The position numbers and the translations under genes were made by a program. A DNA stretch of 60,514 nucleotides from Rotaria socialis. Its lineage: Eukaryota. The DNA lies in contig CAJNYD010000423.1 in assembly GCA_905331295.1 (NCBI GenBank), forward strand, positions 186,001 through 246,514. The letters run 5' to 3'. This document shows, one piece after another, positions 17,651 to 29,660 of this stretch. How positions within the stretch are numbered: position 1 is the stretch's first letter; every line of letters begins with the position of its first letter. Below the pieces are notes generated by a model that saw only the letters and a list, made by a program, of their open reading frames with translations, made no database searches and was not told the origin of the DNA.

Positions 17651-18895
17651 CCAAGAATTTCGAAAAACATTTTTGTCGCTATTTTGTTTCAGGTCTAACC
17701 ATTTTGATAATCCTAAGTGTTCTATTTTAAATATCATTTCATTTTGTGGGAGTAATCGGACACTAACAATGGAAGGTTGTGAACTGTTAAGCAGTAAAAT
17801 TGACCTTGTTCCGGGGAAATGATCACTCTCATCGAGAAACTAACGTATTTAAAAGATGAGCTGCCCATGGCTTACCTGGACAGAGTTATTCGATTTGTCA
17901 GTAAGTTTTCTCTGCAGGACCTTACTTTCGAAGCAAAATCAAATTTTTGAATTTTGACCTGAAACTTTGTAAACATGAAAACCTCAATGAGGCTAGCACA
18001 TAANAGGTCCTGCAGAGAAAACTTACTGAAAAATCGAATATCTCTGTCCAGGTAAGCCATGGGCAGCTCATCTTTTAAATACGTTAGTTTCTCGATGAGA
18101 ATGATCATTTCCCCGGAACAAGGTCAATTTTACTGCTTAACAGTTCACAACCTTCCATTGTAAGAAAAATTTGCAACCCTCTATGAAAGTCTGAGAAACC
18201 AGCTTTTGACTTCACAGTTCATTAAGTTTCAGTGTAACTTACATTTGTTGAAAATAGGTCTATTCGATGTAGAATCTTTCCCTCTATCACAATCTATAAG
18301 AGCTTCTAAGACACTCAATTTTTTCCTACCAATAAATTGGAAATGCCGCCCTAGTTTCGTAATTTTTTGGAAAATGACGTACTCTTATGAAGTGGAAATA
18401 CTTTGGCTCAATGAGCATGATTTTTGTTGTCTAAATGAAATGCTGCATAATCGGTCGTACTATATGCTTTTCAATTGAAAATTCGATGGCTCCGAAGTCT
18501 CTTTTGATACAACCGCAAGAAATCACAGCGAATGACATATGTTTTATGGTAGTATTTCACGATTTTCGCGCAGAAGTATCCGTCTTTGAGGTTGTAAAGA
18601 TGTGTTATCTGAAATCAGGACAAAAATCTGAGCTTAGTAGTACATATTTCATGCTGTCTCGATAACTTTCGCTTTTACCTCAAAATTTCCTTCTGGTATA
18701 CTAACGTCGCAACCAGGTTTTCGGGATGAAATGGGCTCTGCCCTAGGCTTTTTACCAGATCAATTGAAAACTGTTTGAATTTCTTCCGACTCTTTCTGAG
18801 TAGAGTAGGTGTTGTTTGAATGTTGTAGATGTAGAGATTCAAACAGGTCTGCTTGGTACGGTTCATTTACATTTTTATGTTACTATTCTGATGAT
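17651..18895 (+). repeat. Interspersed repeat copy 1 (inverted paralogue at 25435-26290), interrupted by the MITE
   Basis: Colinear similarity with the reverse complement of 25435-26290 over ~850 bp. Confidence 0.8.
17767..18160. mobile_element. Palindromic MITE, Tc4/Tc5-like (TAA TSD in C-TAA-G target)
   Basis: CAATGGAAGGTTGTGAACTG...CAGTTCACAACCTTCCATTG with long near-perfect arms. TAA on both sides. The empty site CACTAAGAAA is visible in the paralogous repeat at ~26170-26180. Confidence 0.85.
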
Positions 18896-21382
18896 ATTTG
18901 AATGGAAAAAACAGAATTTCTTGATAAGATAACAAGGGAACTTTATATATGGAAATGAGAATATATTATCAAAGGACTCGGCATTTATAGAGATTGCTAT
19001 TTTAAATTAAAAAAATTTCGATGAAATTTTATAAACTACTAGATGAGGACGTATTCATAATAGACATTTATTCACAATATATGTTTGAAAAGGCGAATGG
19101 TAAGACGCAGTGTACTATCTACTAGGATCCCACGAAAACGCGAACACAGAAAAGGAAATCTTTAAATTTTTTCGGAAAGGACAGTTTTTTGATTTTTCGC
19201 TACTTTTCTTTCTTTTTTCTCGGAAAGGAAAATTATTAAGAATGATGAATGGTAAGTTTTCAAAGTTTTTCTATACATCTTTCCCGTTTTATCAAGTGAA
19301 GCCCTAAACGAGATATAGGTGACATTTTCAAATGTGTTTCTTTCATTTTCTTGCTTTATCTCTTTTGTTTTTTGCATTTCTCACTCTCCAGACTAACCTT
19401 TTCTTTCTTTTGCTGTATTCAGTTGGTCGGACATGTTCTTCTATATTACTTGTGGTCCCTTTATGTCAATCTCATGAACTTCAGTGGATTCCATCTCTTA
19501 CGTGTGTGTTAGAAAAGTTGAGCTTACTGTAGATTTTTGATAAAAATATATTATCCATATTATCACATGCGTCGTATAGTATTATCAACAAATATTTTAA
19601 AAAATAACGATCATCTTTTTTTTGTTCCGTAGGTTCTTTTTTATTTTGATTCATGTTATAGCTAAGTGAAGGTGATAAAATAAACAATTGATATATCATA
19701 GAGAATTACATTGTAGACAAAGTAGCACCGACCTTTAGGTTCAAGTATTGACGTAATCTTGCTCATCTTGTTTAATTAAACATACATAAAAGCGTAGTGG
19801 CGATGAAAATAAATCCCATAGTATAACATGATGAATATCAATGTTCGTAGCATGTTTATTTTTTCCTCTTTCTCTACAATCTTACTTTGGGCAGAATAGC
19901 AGACACTTTTTGTTGAAATGCAACAAATGAACTTTTTAAGACAAAATGTGTTGACAGAAGTTGAACCACTCCGGAACACAAACCCGAAGCGATCTATGGT
20001 TGTCATTACACGAAACTAAACACTGCGCAACTGAAATCTACGCATGGCATGGTTCAAAAACTTGTGAATTACTGCTTATTAATTTTCATTAGAAACTCCG
20101 GAAACAACCCTCTCGACCAGAGATGATTTAGTATATATTATACCGTAACTCGTCCATCTTCTGATCCAGAATCCACTCTACAAAACTAAAAAAGCCGTCA
20201 TACATTCTTTTATTTTTCAGTTAGATTAGTGGAACCTATGCACTACGGCATCACTTAAATCGCTATTTTCACGCGGCTCATATAAGGTTTCTACAAAACC
20301 GTACGTTTCCAACTACCCTAAATCTTTTAGTAATGCTTGTTTTCTTCCCCATAAAGATCAAAAATCAACAGAAAAAGATTTGCCCAACAGCTGATTGAGA
20401 TTAAAATTTCAGCATCGGCAGATCAGACGTCTCTGTACACGAAGAAGATCGTAAAAATCAAATTTGAAAAAAAAACAATCTTCGCTTTCAAGGCGATTTC
20501 AGAAACCTATAAACCTCTAAGTTGATCATTTTCTAGAGAAAGTTTTAAAAGAGAGCTGCCTTACAAGCAGTTGCTGAAACATTGAATTTATACATGTGTG
20601 CACTTGATGAATCACCATAATCTCATTCAAAAGCCGGAGTCAAAAACAATTCTCGAATTATAAGAGAGTCGAGTAGAATATATTTGAGACAATCGATGCA
20701 AAAAAAACATTTTCTTTCAAGGTAGTTTGTTTTCTGTCATACGTGGAAAACTTGTTCGACGTCTTAATCGAGGTAATGCTTAGTATGTTTTTCGGATAAG
20801 AAAGAACGAGAAGACTTCTAAAGTTAAGCGTAGTCTGATGTAACAGCATGCGAAGAGGAAAAATATTGTCAAAGGAAGAAAGAAACCAATGGGGAATATC
20901 AACAGTAGGAAAGTAACTTGAATTCAAGACAAAATAATGAGTAGAAGAATATCTATTACAGCTACCGATATTAAAATGATTGTTTTATTATAGCTGTAGT
21001 CGATAGCTCAAATACTGTTAACTTCTATAAAAATTTCAAATTTCCATCTATTTCTTTTTGGAAAGGAAAGTAGAGAAAGTTAAAAGGCTTTCTTTACCTA
21101 AAAGAAGGAAAGTGAGTGTGCCACTCCTAAGATGGACCTCAGGCATAAAAAGATGAGTTGTGGTGAATTATAAAATAAACTTGAGAAAAGCAATCAAATA
21201 CACAGGTTGATTCTCAGGATACTAAAATTAAGTTGAAAAGTTTTTACAGCTATGATCGCTATTTCGCACATTTTATTAATCCAATGTTTTTTTCTCACAA
21301 GGTACTTAATATTAGGTAATTAATAAGTGGCTAATGCAATCCTGTTTCTATTAATATTAAGTGTTAAGTAAAACCACTTAAT

Positions 21383-21679
21383 CCCAGGTCGAACATTCCG
21401 GCCACCAGATCCCGTAGGATACTCCAGGAAATATGCGAAAAAGTCACGATATCCTGCAGGAAAACACGGGAAACCGCTGGAACATGCAAGCAGTATTTCA
21501 GTGAAAAATACGGCCGAACTTTTCCGACGGATTCCTGCCAAGTTCCGGTGCTTTCCGGCAGGAATTGATCGGAAATCATCGGAAAAAATCCGAAAAATTT
21601 CCAACCGGAATACTACTGCCACAAAATCAACGGAACTACCCGGAACCGACCGTTTCAACGCCGGACTGTTCGACCTGGA
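21383..21679. mobile_element. MITE with CCCAGGTCGAACA TIRs
   Basis: CCCAGGTCGAACATTCCGGC ... GCCGGACTGTTCGACCTGG. GC-rich CCGGAA sub-repeats. Confidence 0.8.
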
Positions 21680-22491
21680 ATTAAATCGCCTAATTGGCTC
21701 AAATTAAAGTCAACGGTTCACCCCTAGTCGATGGTATTATAAGAATAAATTAAGATACATAATATAAATAGACTAATTATACTTCTTTTCCAGTTCTCCG
21801 ATATAAAATACACAAGTATTCTGTGATTTGACATTTCTCATTGATATTGCTAGTGGAAAATATATTACTAAAAATGACAAGAAACGTATTTAAGCTATAT
21901 AGGAATATTATATAAGTAGAAAACACATATTATATGAGTAGAACATAAAACAATATCAGCTCTATCACCGCTATGTATTTAGAACACTACTACGTATAAA
22001 ATGTTAAGTATCTACATAGGACGAATTAAAATCGACTAGAAATTTTTAGTTAATGTCAATCGAACTTTAATATTTTTAAGCGATTGGTTTTGTCATATTG
22101 CCATCTAAGTTCAAAACAATTTATATCGCAGCTTCAGATTTAGGTTATCTGTGAGATTTTAATATTTTAATAACTATTTGTTAAACATGAGAAATCAAAA
22201 AAATCGTAAAAATTTTGTGTTAGACACTTGACTATCAAGAAGAAGCGCTCGCTTTCTATGTTTATGCATTGATTTAATTAACAAGTGATTATCGACTACA
22301 ATTGATTAACAGGTAAGAAAATGTTGCATGCGATTTATAGTTAACAGTCCTAGCTAAAATATTTGATTTTTTCGCCTTTGGTCGTTAGGAATTCGTTAGA
22401 GAACCATGAAAGATTTGCTATTTTTTCTACAGAAGGCCACTAAATTCTGAAAGAAACTTGTACGCTGAAAATCATGAAGATTTAGTCAGTA

Positions 22492-23657
22492 CCCAAGTCA
22501 ATGATTTCAGACTCCGGAACCGACCGGAAACGGTAGGAAGCGGCGTTATTTCCCGCTACTTCCGGTGATTTCCAACGACATTCCAATCGGAAACGGACCG
22601 GAAAACTATCCGGAAGTTGGAAGCAGTATTCCTTTTGGAAATCACCGTATTGTAACCGGAGTATTCCGCACTATTCTCCGCCACCGTAACCATTCGGAAA
22701 AATTACCGGAACCGACCCGTGATCACACGGAATATTATCGGAATACGCCACGGAACTAACGAAATCTGATCGACTCCACCCGGGAAAATTCCGGAAGTTC
22801 TAATCTTCTTGAGATCTCTCGCATATCTCCTGACACCATTACACTTACTCATTCTTGACAGTCGCACCACCAAGAAACTAAATTACCAGCCACATTCGCC
22901 AATGCCAAAACCCTCCCGCACCGCTCCACGGTCATCCACTCAACCATACCACACCCGAAGCGATCCAGAGCTCACCACTGAAGAATTCAGCTATTTCGAA
23001 GACTTCTTCCTCAAAATCAACGGGGCAAGACGCTTAAAGGTCTTTGTAATCCATTACCTTCCATTTATGCTATGTGAAAGCAGCATTCATTCACTTTTAA
23101 TGAAAATGATCCTTAAAGATCCTTTTCAGTGAATGCGTCTTTTTGAGGTGTTTCGAAGAGTCCTTGATTTTTTTCATATAAAACAAGATTTAAAGTACTT
23201 TCTGGGTGAATTGCGACGAATGAGTGTTCAAAATGCTTGACATAATTGGTATTCGTGAAGAAGGATCTTCAAGGGTCCTTGTAGACAAAGTGCAAGAAAT
23301 GGTGCTTTCAAATACCTCAAATGGAACGTGGTGACTGAGGAAGATATTTAGCCGTCTTTCCTGATAGATTTGGAGGAAGGAGACTACAAATTATCTGAAA
23401 TGAGGGGCATTACACATGACGGATTTTTGATTATTCTTTTTGGAGAAATGCAATGAATCGGACTTTCTAATATCTGAAATGCAAATGATAGAATGTGGAA
23501 GATCTTTAGTGATCCTTCAGATTAAAAACCAAAAAGAGGGGAGGCAGAAAAAAAATCAAACGAGTAGTATGCACCCAGAAAGATTTTCAGTGATCATTCT
23601 ACATAAAAGTCAGCGAAGGGGCTTTTGAATACTTGAAATCGAAGACATTGACTTAGG
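22492..23657. mobile_element. Non-autonomous TIR element (CCCAAGTCAATG termini)
   Basis: CCCAAGTCAATG at 22492 and CATTGACTTAGG ending 23657 (11/12 inverted match). CCGGAA-rich left subterminus. Confidence 0.65.
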
Positions 23658-24681
23658 AATTTTTCACACACATTTCGATTTTAAACGCTATGAATGAGAT
23701 CGTTCAATATCTCAGATAAGAGCTACAATGCGAGAAACAACTTTCAATGACTCTACCGTTGAAGTGCTAGTACTTATGCTTTGCAATACCTGGTAAAGTG
23801 CATTTGAGAGGTATAGAATATTGAAATTGATGAATTGTGATCAGAGTTAAAATAAAAAGTCTACCTTATGAATTTTCGACTTTAGATCGACTGATTTTCT
23901 CAGCCATGAAAGCCCGCAGAGAAGAACTGATAGTGGATTTGGACTCTGCGACCCCGATAAGTTATAGGACACGTTGGTTATGGAATCATTTGCCTTTTTT
24001 GTTTCTGTATGACTGAGTCTATTCTGAATGTGGGTTCGGATTAAATACAGTCTTGCGACAATTCGAACGGTTGGAACTTTTTTCAATCGTTCTTGAAATA
24101 TCTCGTAAAATGTTTCTTTGAGATAGATCTGAAAGAGGTTCAAAATTCCCACATATAACTGACACCTCAAGTGCGTAAAGTACTTCCAATTGTATTGGCA
24201 ATGATCTACCATAGTGATGATGAGCTGAACACATAGCTATACTGCTGGTTGAACTTTTATTATGATTTTAGTTAATTTTCGATCCATATAAATATGCCTG
24301 CTAAAAGTGGTACGATTTGAATGAACTAGCTGTGTTAGTGTGTGCTGTTCTATTTAAAGAACCAATGCCATCTATTTCTGAATAGTCCGTGTTATGTAAT
24401 CTAATTAGCCAAGCTGTTTTTGAGACTTTCTGTTAGTGAAAGGTAGAAATAGCACGATATATAAAGAAATCATAAAAAGCCATGAAAAATTATAAAAAAA
24501 ATTTACTTAATTCTGAAAAGTCTTTCGAATACTGGTGAAAGTTCTTGAAAGTCTTGGTTGTCAGTGCAAAGACATCTGGAGAGCTTCGAGTTCGTTGAAC
24601 CGTTAAGAGACTTCTTAAGTGATAATTCACTTTCGGTAACATATTGCTTGAATATATAGGAAAAAAAATTTCAGTCAAGAT

Positions 24682-24915
24682 TAGGGGTGATGCATTTACT
24701 TTACTTTTTGAAAAAGTAAATCAGTAAAGTAAATAAAATATTTACAATTTACTTTTGTAAAGTAAATCAATTATTTACTTTACAAAACTAAATACTAAAT
24801 TATTTATTTGATTCATAAAAGTAAATAGTAAATAAATTATTTACTTTACAAAAGTAACTAGTAAATAGTCTATTTACCTATTTACTAGTAAAGTAAATAT
24901 AAAGTACCACCCCTA
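24682..24915. mobile_element. hAT-like MITE (TAGGGGTG termini, AGTAAA/TTTACT sub-repeats)
   Basis: TAGGGGTGATGC...GTACCACCCCTA. Degenerate 8-bp flanks GTCAAGAT/GTCTGGAG. Confidence 0.7.
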
Positions 24916-25434
24916 GTCTGGAGAGGGAGGAATTAGTAGAACGAGAGGGGAAAAGCAAGAAAATAAAAGAAACATATTTAAAAATTTCAACTATATATCG
25001 TTTAGGACTCCATTTGATAAAACACCAAAACAAATGTATAGAAAAGCTGCCGTAGTTTATCATTCGTCATTATTTAAAAGTTTCCTTTCCGAGAGAATAG
25101 ACAGCAAAAACTTTATTTTATTTCCTTTCTGAAAGTAAAAGGAAAGTGCTAATTCTAGTAAATAGTTCACTACGTGTTACCATTTGTCATTTCAAACATA
25201 TATTGTAAGTAAATGTCTATTCTTAATACGTTCTCCTCTGCTAGTCTATCAAATTTCATCGAACATTTTTTAATTCAAAAATAGCTATCTCTATGAATGT
25301 CGCGTCTTCTGCTAATGGAGTGTCTTTTCAGGTACCTAGTGTACTACATGATTACACACTGACTAGTATTCTTATTTACGTACATAAAGTTTCCTTGCTA
25401 TCTTATCAAGATATTATATTTTTCCCATTCGAAC

Positions 25435-26290
25435 ATCATCAAAATAGTAACATAAAAATATGCATAGACCATGTCAAGTGAACCAGGTCAACAAAAAGTA
25501 GGCCTGTTTTGGTCTCTACAACATTCATAAAATATGTATTCTACTCAAAAAGACGTGGAAGAACTTCAAACAGCTTTCAATTGATCTGAAAAATTTCCGG
25601 GCTGAGTCCATTCTAGGCTGAAAACTTGGTTGCGACGCTAGTCTACACCAGAAGAAAGTTTTGAGGTAAAAGCGAAAGTTATCTAGACAGCGTGAAATAT
25701 ATACTAGTAGTCTCAACCTTTTGTGTTGATTTTAGATAATACATTTTTAAAACTAAAAAAACAGATACTTCTGCGCGGAGAAATACTAACATAAAACATA
25801 CGTGATTCGCTGTAATTTCTTGCGGTTGTATCAAAAGTGACATCGGAGCCATTGAATTTCCAATTAAAAAGGATATAGCGCATACGATCACACAGTATTG
25901 CATTTTAGCAATAAAAATCATGCTCATTGAGCTAAAATATTTCCACTTCATAAGAGTACAAATTTGTCACTTTTCAAAAATTATGAAATTAGGACGGCAT
26001 TTCTAATTTATTGGAAGGAAAAAATTGAGTGTCCTAGAAGTTCTTATAGATTGTGATACAGGGAGAGATTCTACATCGAATAGATCTATTTTCAATAAAT
26101 TTACAGTGAAAATTAATAAACTGTTAAGTCAAAAGCTGGTTTCTCAGACTTTCATAGAGGGTTGCAAATCTTTCTTAGTGTCCAATTACTCCCACAAAAT
26201 GAAATGATATTTAAAATAGAACACTTAGGATTATCAAAATGGTTAGACCTGAAACAAAATAGCGACAAAATGTTTTTCGAAATTCTTGGG
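25435..26290 (-). repeat. Interspersed repeat copy 2 (inverted relative to 17651-18895)
   Basis: Reverse-complement similarity to 17651-17766 plus 18164-18895. Confidence 0.8.
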
Positions 26291-26955
26291 GTGAACTACT
26301 CTGAAAGAAAAACAGGAGTTCTACAGAACCCTTTTATGGTTCCGTAGCTCATGCGGAACCATTTCAAGTTCTGTATGACAGTACGAAACTATCAATAGTT
26401 CTGCCCAACAGTACTGAACTTTTGAAGGTTTCCGGAAAAGATTCAGAACCATAAAAAGTTCTTTGTTGAAGAATACTGAACCGAAAGGGTTCTGCACAAT
26501 GACACTGAACCTGTTAAGATTCTGTGAAAAAATGCCGAACCATAAAATTTCTCTACTCAAAAGTATGGAACCCAACAGGTTCTGTCCCATGATGCTGAAC
26601 TTTGCAAGGTTTGGCAAAAGAAGCCTGAACCATAAAAAATTCAGTGTGCAATAATACTGAACCAGATATAGGTCTGGGTAAAGATGCGAAACCATCAAAT
26701 GTTTTCTATCCAAAAGGGGAATTCAAAAGGTTCTGTCCCATGATACTGAACCGTTTAAGGTTCAGCAGAAAATTGTTGAATCATAGAAGGTTCTGTCAAA
26801 AAATGACCTATTCTAAAAACAAATTTTCTACTCAAAAATACTGAAGTGTAAAATATTTTATTATTTCTGCTCAATTCTTTAGGGTGGTACAGTTCAAACG
26901 TGCTGCCATAGACAGCTTTGAGAGAAAAAGTATGATGCAAGATATATTTATCATG

Positions 26956-27553
26956 CACTCTAAGTAAAGATATGTCGGATGTGTCGTAAACTACGACACA
27001 AAGCGCGACACACTCGAGTACGACATGAAGTGCTCGTTGTGGCACATTCTGCCCAGCAAGACCACGACGCATTTTTCACAGCACATCCGACACATTTTCA
27101 TTGGTTGTTTTTGAAACGCATATTTCGATATTTTTTTAAATTTAATTACATATCTCTTTATTTTTTGAAAATTCAATCTGATCAGATCCTAAGATCTGGC
27201 TGATTTGGAATTGGTCCGATTCCTATCAGAGTATCCAGTGTAGCTCTTCCCGGATCATGGATCGGGATGACAATTTCTTGATTATAAAGTAATCAAGAAT
27301 TGATTTCAAAGAAAATTTTATTTCGAGAGCTTATCTTCCATGCATTCAACGATGTTGCTTATATGTCGCTGTATGTTCATAACAAAACGATGAACGGCTA
27401 GTCGACTGACAGAACGCGAAAAATATACGACACCTTTTTTTAACATTTTTTTAATTAAAAGTGCGACACAAAAATTTACGATACATTTTTGTAATAGAAA
27501 GCACAACACAGAAATTCACGGCACATACAGCCGACTCATTTTTATTTAGTGTG
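26956..27553. mobile_element. CACTA/EnSpm-like non-autonomous insertion with 2-bp TSD (TG)
   Basis: CACTCTAAGTAAAGATATGTCGG ... CCGACTCATTTTTATTTAGTGTG with TG duplicated. Absent from the other arm (empty site at ~30005-30020). Confidence 0.8.
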
Positions 27554-28644
27554 TGAAGTCTTTTATCAAAGTGTTGACAGTAAATATTTTTTCAAATGTA
27601 ATTTAAGGTATATTCACTACAACTATTTTATTGCATACTTTCTTCTTTCTGTTACTTCATGATACGTTATTGTGCTCTAATGGTCGACTTTTTCATCGCT
27701 CGGCAATCCTTTTTGCACTAAAACCGTTGATATGGGGTGAATTTTCTTTTTTTTCTCAAGTAATTTTACTTTTTTTTACCTTTTTCACTTGTTTCCCATT
27801 GCTGAGAAAAGATTGTAACAAATCACCATAGTTTCCTCAACGCCTAGCTAATATATGCTAAATATGGTAAATAACTATGAAGGCAAATAATACTATCATC
27901 CATATTTAGTAATCCAACTGCTTTGATATAAATTACACCTATCCACACAATTCGACGACTCTAATGAAGCTCCAATAATATTTTTAAGCATCGTGTGCGT
28001 CGGCTATATACGATTTATTATCATATTATCGTTGCCTATCGTGTTTGTTCTAAAACACTCGTTAACGTCAACAAAAGAAACCATTCAATTAAACATTTAA
28101 CACTGAAATTATTCAGCCATATCATACGCAATTGATGTGCACACATGTCGTTGAACTTCACATCTTACAAATAAGATAGAGGATTTCATAAAAATCCATA
28201 TGAATCCAAGGATAAAATCCTAAACATATATTTTCGCGAATACACAAATAATCGTATAGTAATAAGGAAATCCATATAAGGTTATTAGTATAATGATATA
28301 AATAAAACGGTCAAGATATAAGAATGCTATCGTAAAGGCATGGTGAAAAGAAAATAATTGTAATGGTGTAGATATCAAGGCATGGATAACGAGGTATTGT
28401 TATAAGATGCAGTATTAAGGTTAGAGAAATAAGGACGTAGCTATAAGGCTACTCTCTAAAGCTAACTTGTTTCATTAAATTTCAAGAAAAAACGACTAAA
28501 AATAACTCTAATCATTTTTAAAGGTTGCAGTGATTGAGAACACCACAAACTTCTTTTGGTTTCAGATGATCATTATCACTTATTTTTTCTTAAAATCACA
28601 GAATCGAACAATAAAAAACCTATAGTAATTTCTCTTCTTTTGAA

Positions 28645-29211
28645 ATTCTTCAAATAGATTGCATCCAAACGGTAAGTTTCCTTTCAGAATACAAACCTAA
28701 TATCAAAATTTCTTTTTTTTTTCGTTTAGATTTTTACAATTGTATCATTCCAAGGATAATTCACATTGAAGAATCAACAATTAATAACAAGATTTCGGTT
28801 TCTTTTAGATTCTTTCAATACATTTTGTCCAATCAGTAAGTTATATGCAAAAAATTAAAAAATTATATTAAGTTTTCATTGTTTGTTTTAGATTCTGCAA
28901 ATAGGTTTTATTCAAATAACAAGCTTCATTTAAGAATAAAAAAGTTATATAGGAATATCGATTTTTTTCTCTTTTAGGTTCTTGGAATGAATTTTATTCA
29001 AAGGGTGAGCTACATTAAAGAATTAAAAACCTAATATTAATTTTTCCTTTCTTTTAGATTCCTCAAATGGATCTCAACGAATGGCTAAGTTACATATCAG
29101 TATTCGAGAAATAACGATGTGTCATTTTGATGTTTTTATGACAAACGACATGGGTTCGACATCTGTGTGACTACCGATATTTTTCAGATTCTTCATTGCA
29201 TTCCCAGGTTG
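28645..29211 (+). repeat. Tandem array of ~7 intron/27-nt micro-exon-like units
   Basis: Units polypyrimidine-TTTAG|ATTC(N23)|GT(A/G)AG starting at 28645, 28730, 28809, 28892, 28978, 29058 and 29188. Several splice sites are degenerate. Confidence 0.6.
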
Positions 29212-29397
29212 GCGAGCTTTGAAACCTTTTTGCAGTTTCTGATATTGCTTTGTGAGAAAGTACTGTAACTATTTGTTTCGGTTTAGAAGACTTTGAACAC
29301 CAATATTCGGAAACTCTGAAAGGCTTTCAGACAGCGCCAAAATCGGAAAGGCTCCAAAGTTTTCCCGGAACTATACTTTTTTTAGGAAATATACAAA

Positions 29398-29660
29398 TAA
29401 GGGTATAGTTGTAACGGTATAGATATAAGAATATAGTAATAAGGGTATAGTTGTAAGTGTATAGTTGTAAGGGTATAGATATAAGGGTATAGTTGTAAGG
29501 GTATAGTTGTAAGGGTATAGATATAAGGGTATAGCTTAAGGGTATAGATATAAGGATATATTTTAAGGGTATAGATATAAGAATATAGTAATAAGGATAT
29601 AGTTTAAGGGTAAAGCTGTAAGCGTATACATATAAGGTATAGATAAGGCTAAGGATATAA
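29398..29660. repeat. 14-bp minisatellite (AAGGGTATAGTTGT / AAGGGTATAGATAT)
   Basis: Direct reading of the tandem units. A degenerate copy lies at ~28250-28450. Confidence 0.85.

Larger units (their letters stand above)
17480..21302. mobile_element. Non-autonomous Tc1/mariner-type element with ~170-bp TIRs and TA TSD
   Basis: 17480-17650 is the reverse complement of ~21131-21302 (CCTTGTG...GAGGTCCATC). Both ends are flanked by TA. Confidence 0.7.
17322..21726. mobile_element. Non-autonomous hAT-like element (TAGGGGTG termini) expanded by nested insertions
   Basis: TAGGGGTG at 17322 and CACCCCTA ending 21726. ACTTAA/TTAAGT-rich subtermini at both ends. Degenerate 8-bp flanks GTTGGTTG / GTCGATGG. 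Confidence 0.55.

Noticed and set aside
21320..23132. GC-rich ORFs of 60-112 aa
   Set aside because: They lie inside non-autonomous TIR elements and show no recognisable domain.
23840..24300. Possible decayed minus-strand gene (MDRKLTKIIIKVQP...)
   Set aside because: Multiple stops and no confident homology.
26320..26800. ~30-bp periodic GAACC..GGTTC palindromes resembling a CRISPR array
   Set aside because: The repeats are degenerate, there are no cas genes, the context is eukaryotic, and they are mirrored in the opposite arm, so they are transposon subterminal repeats.
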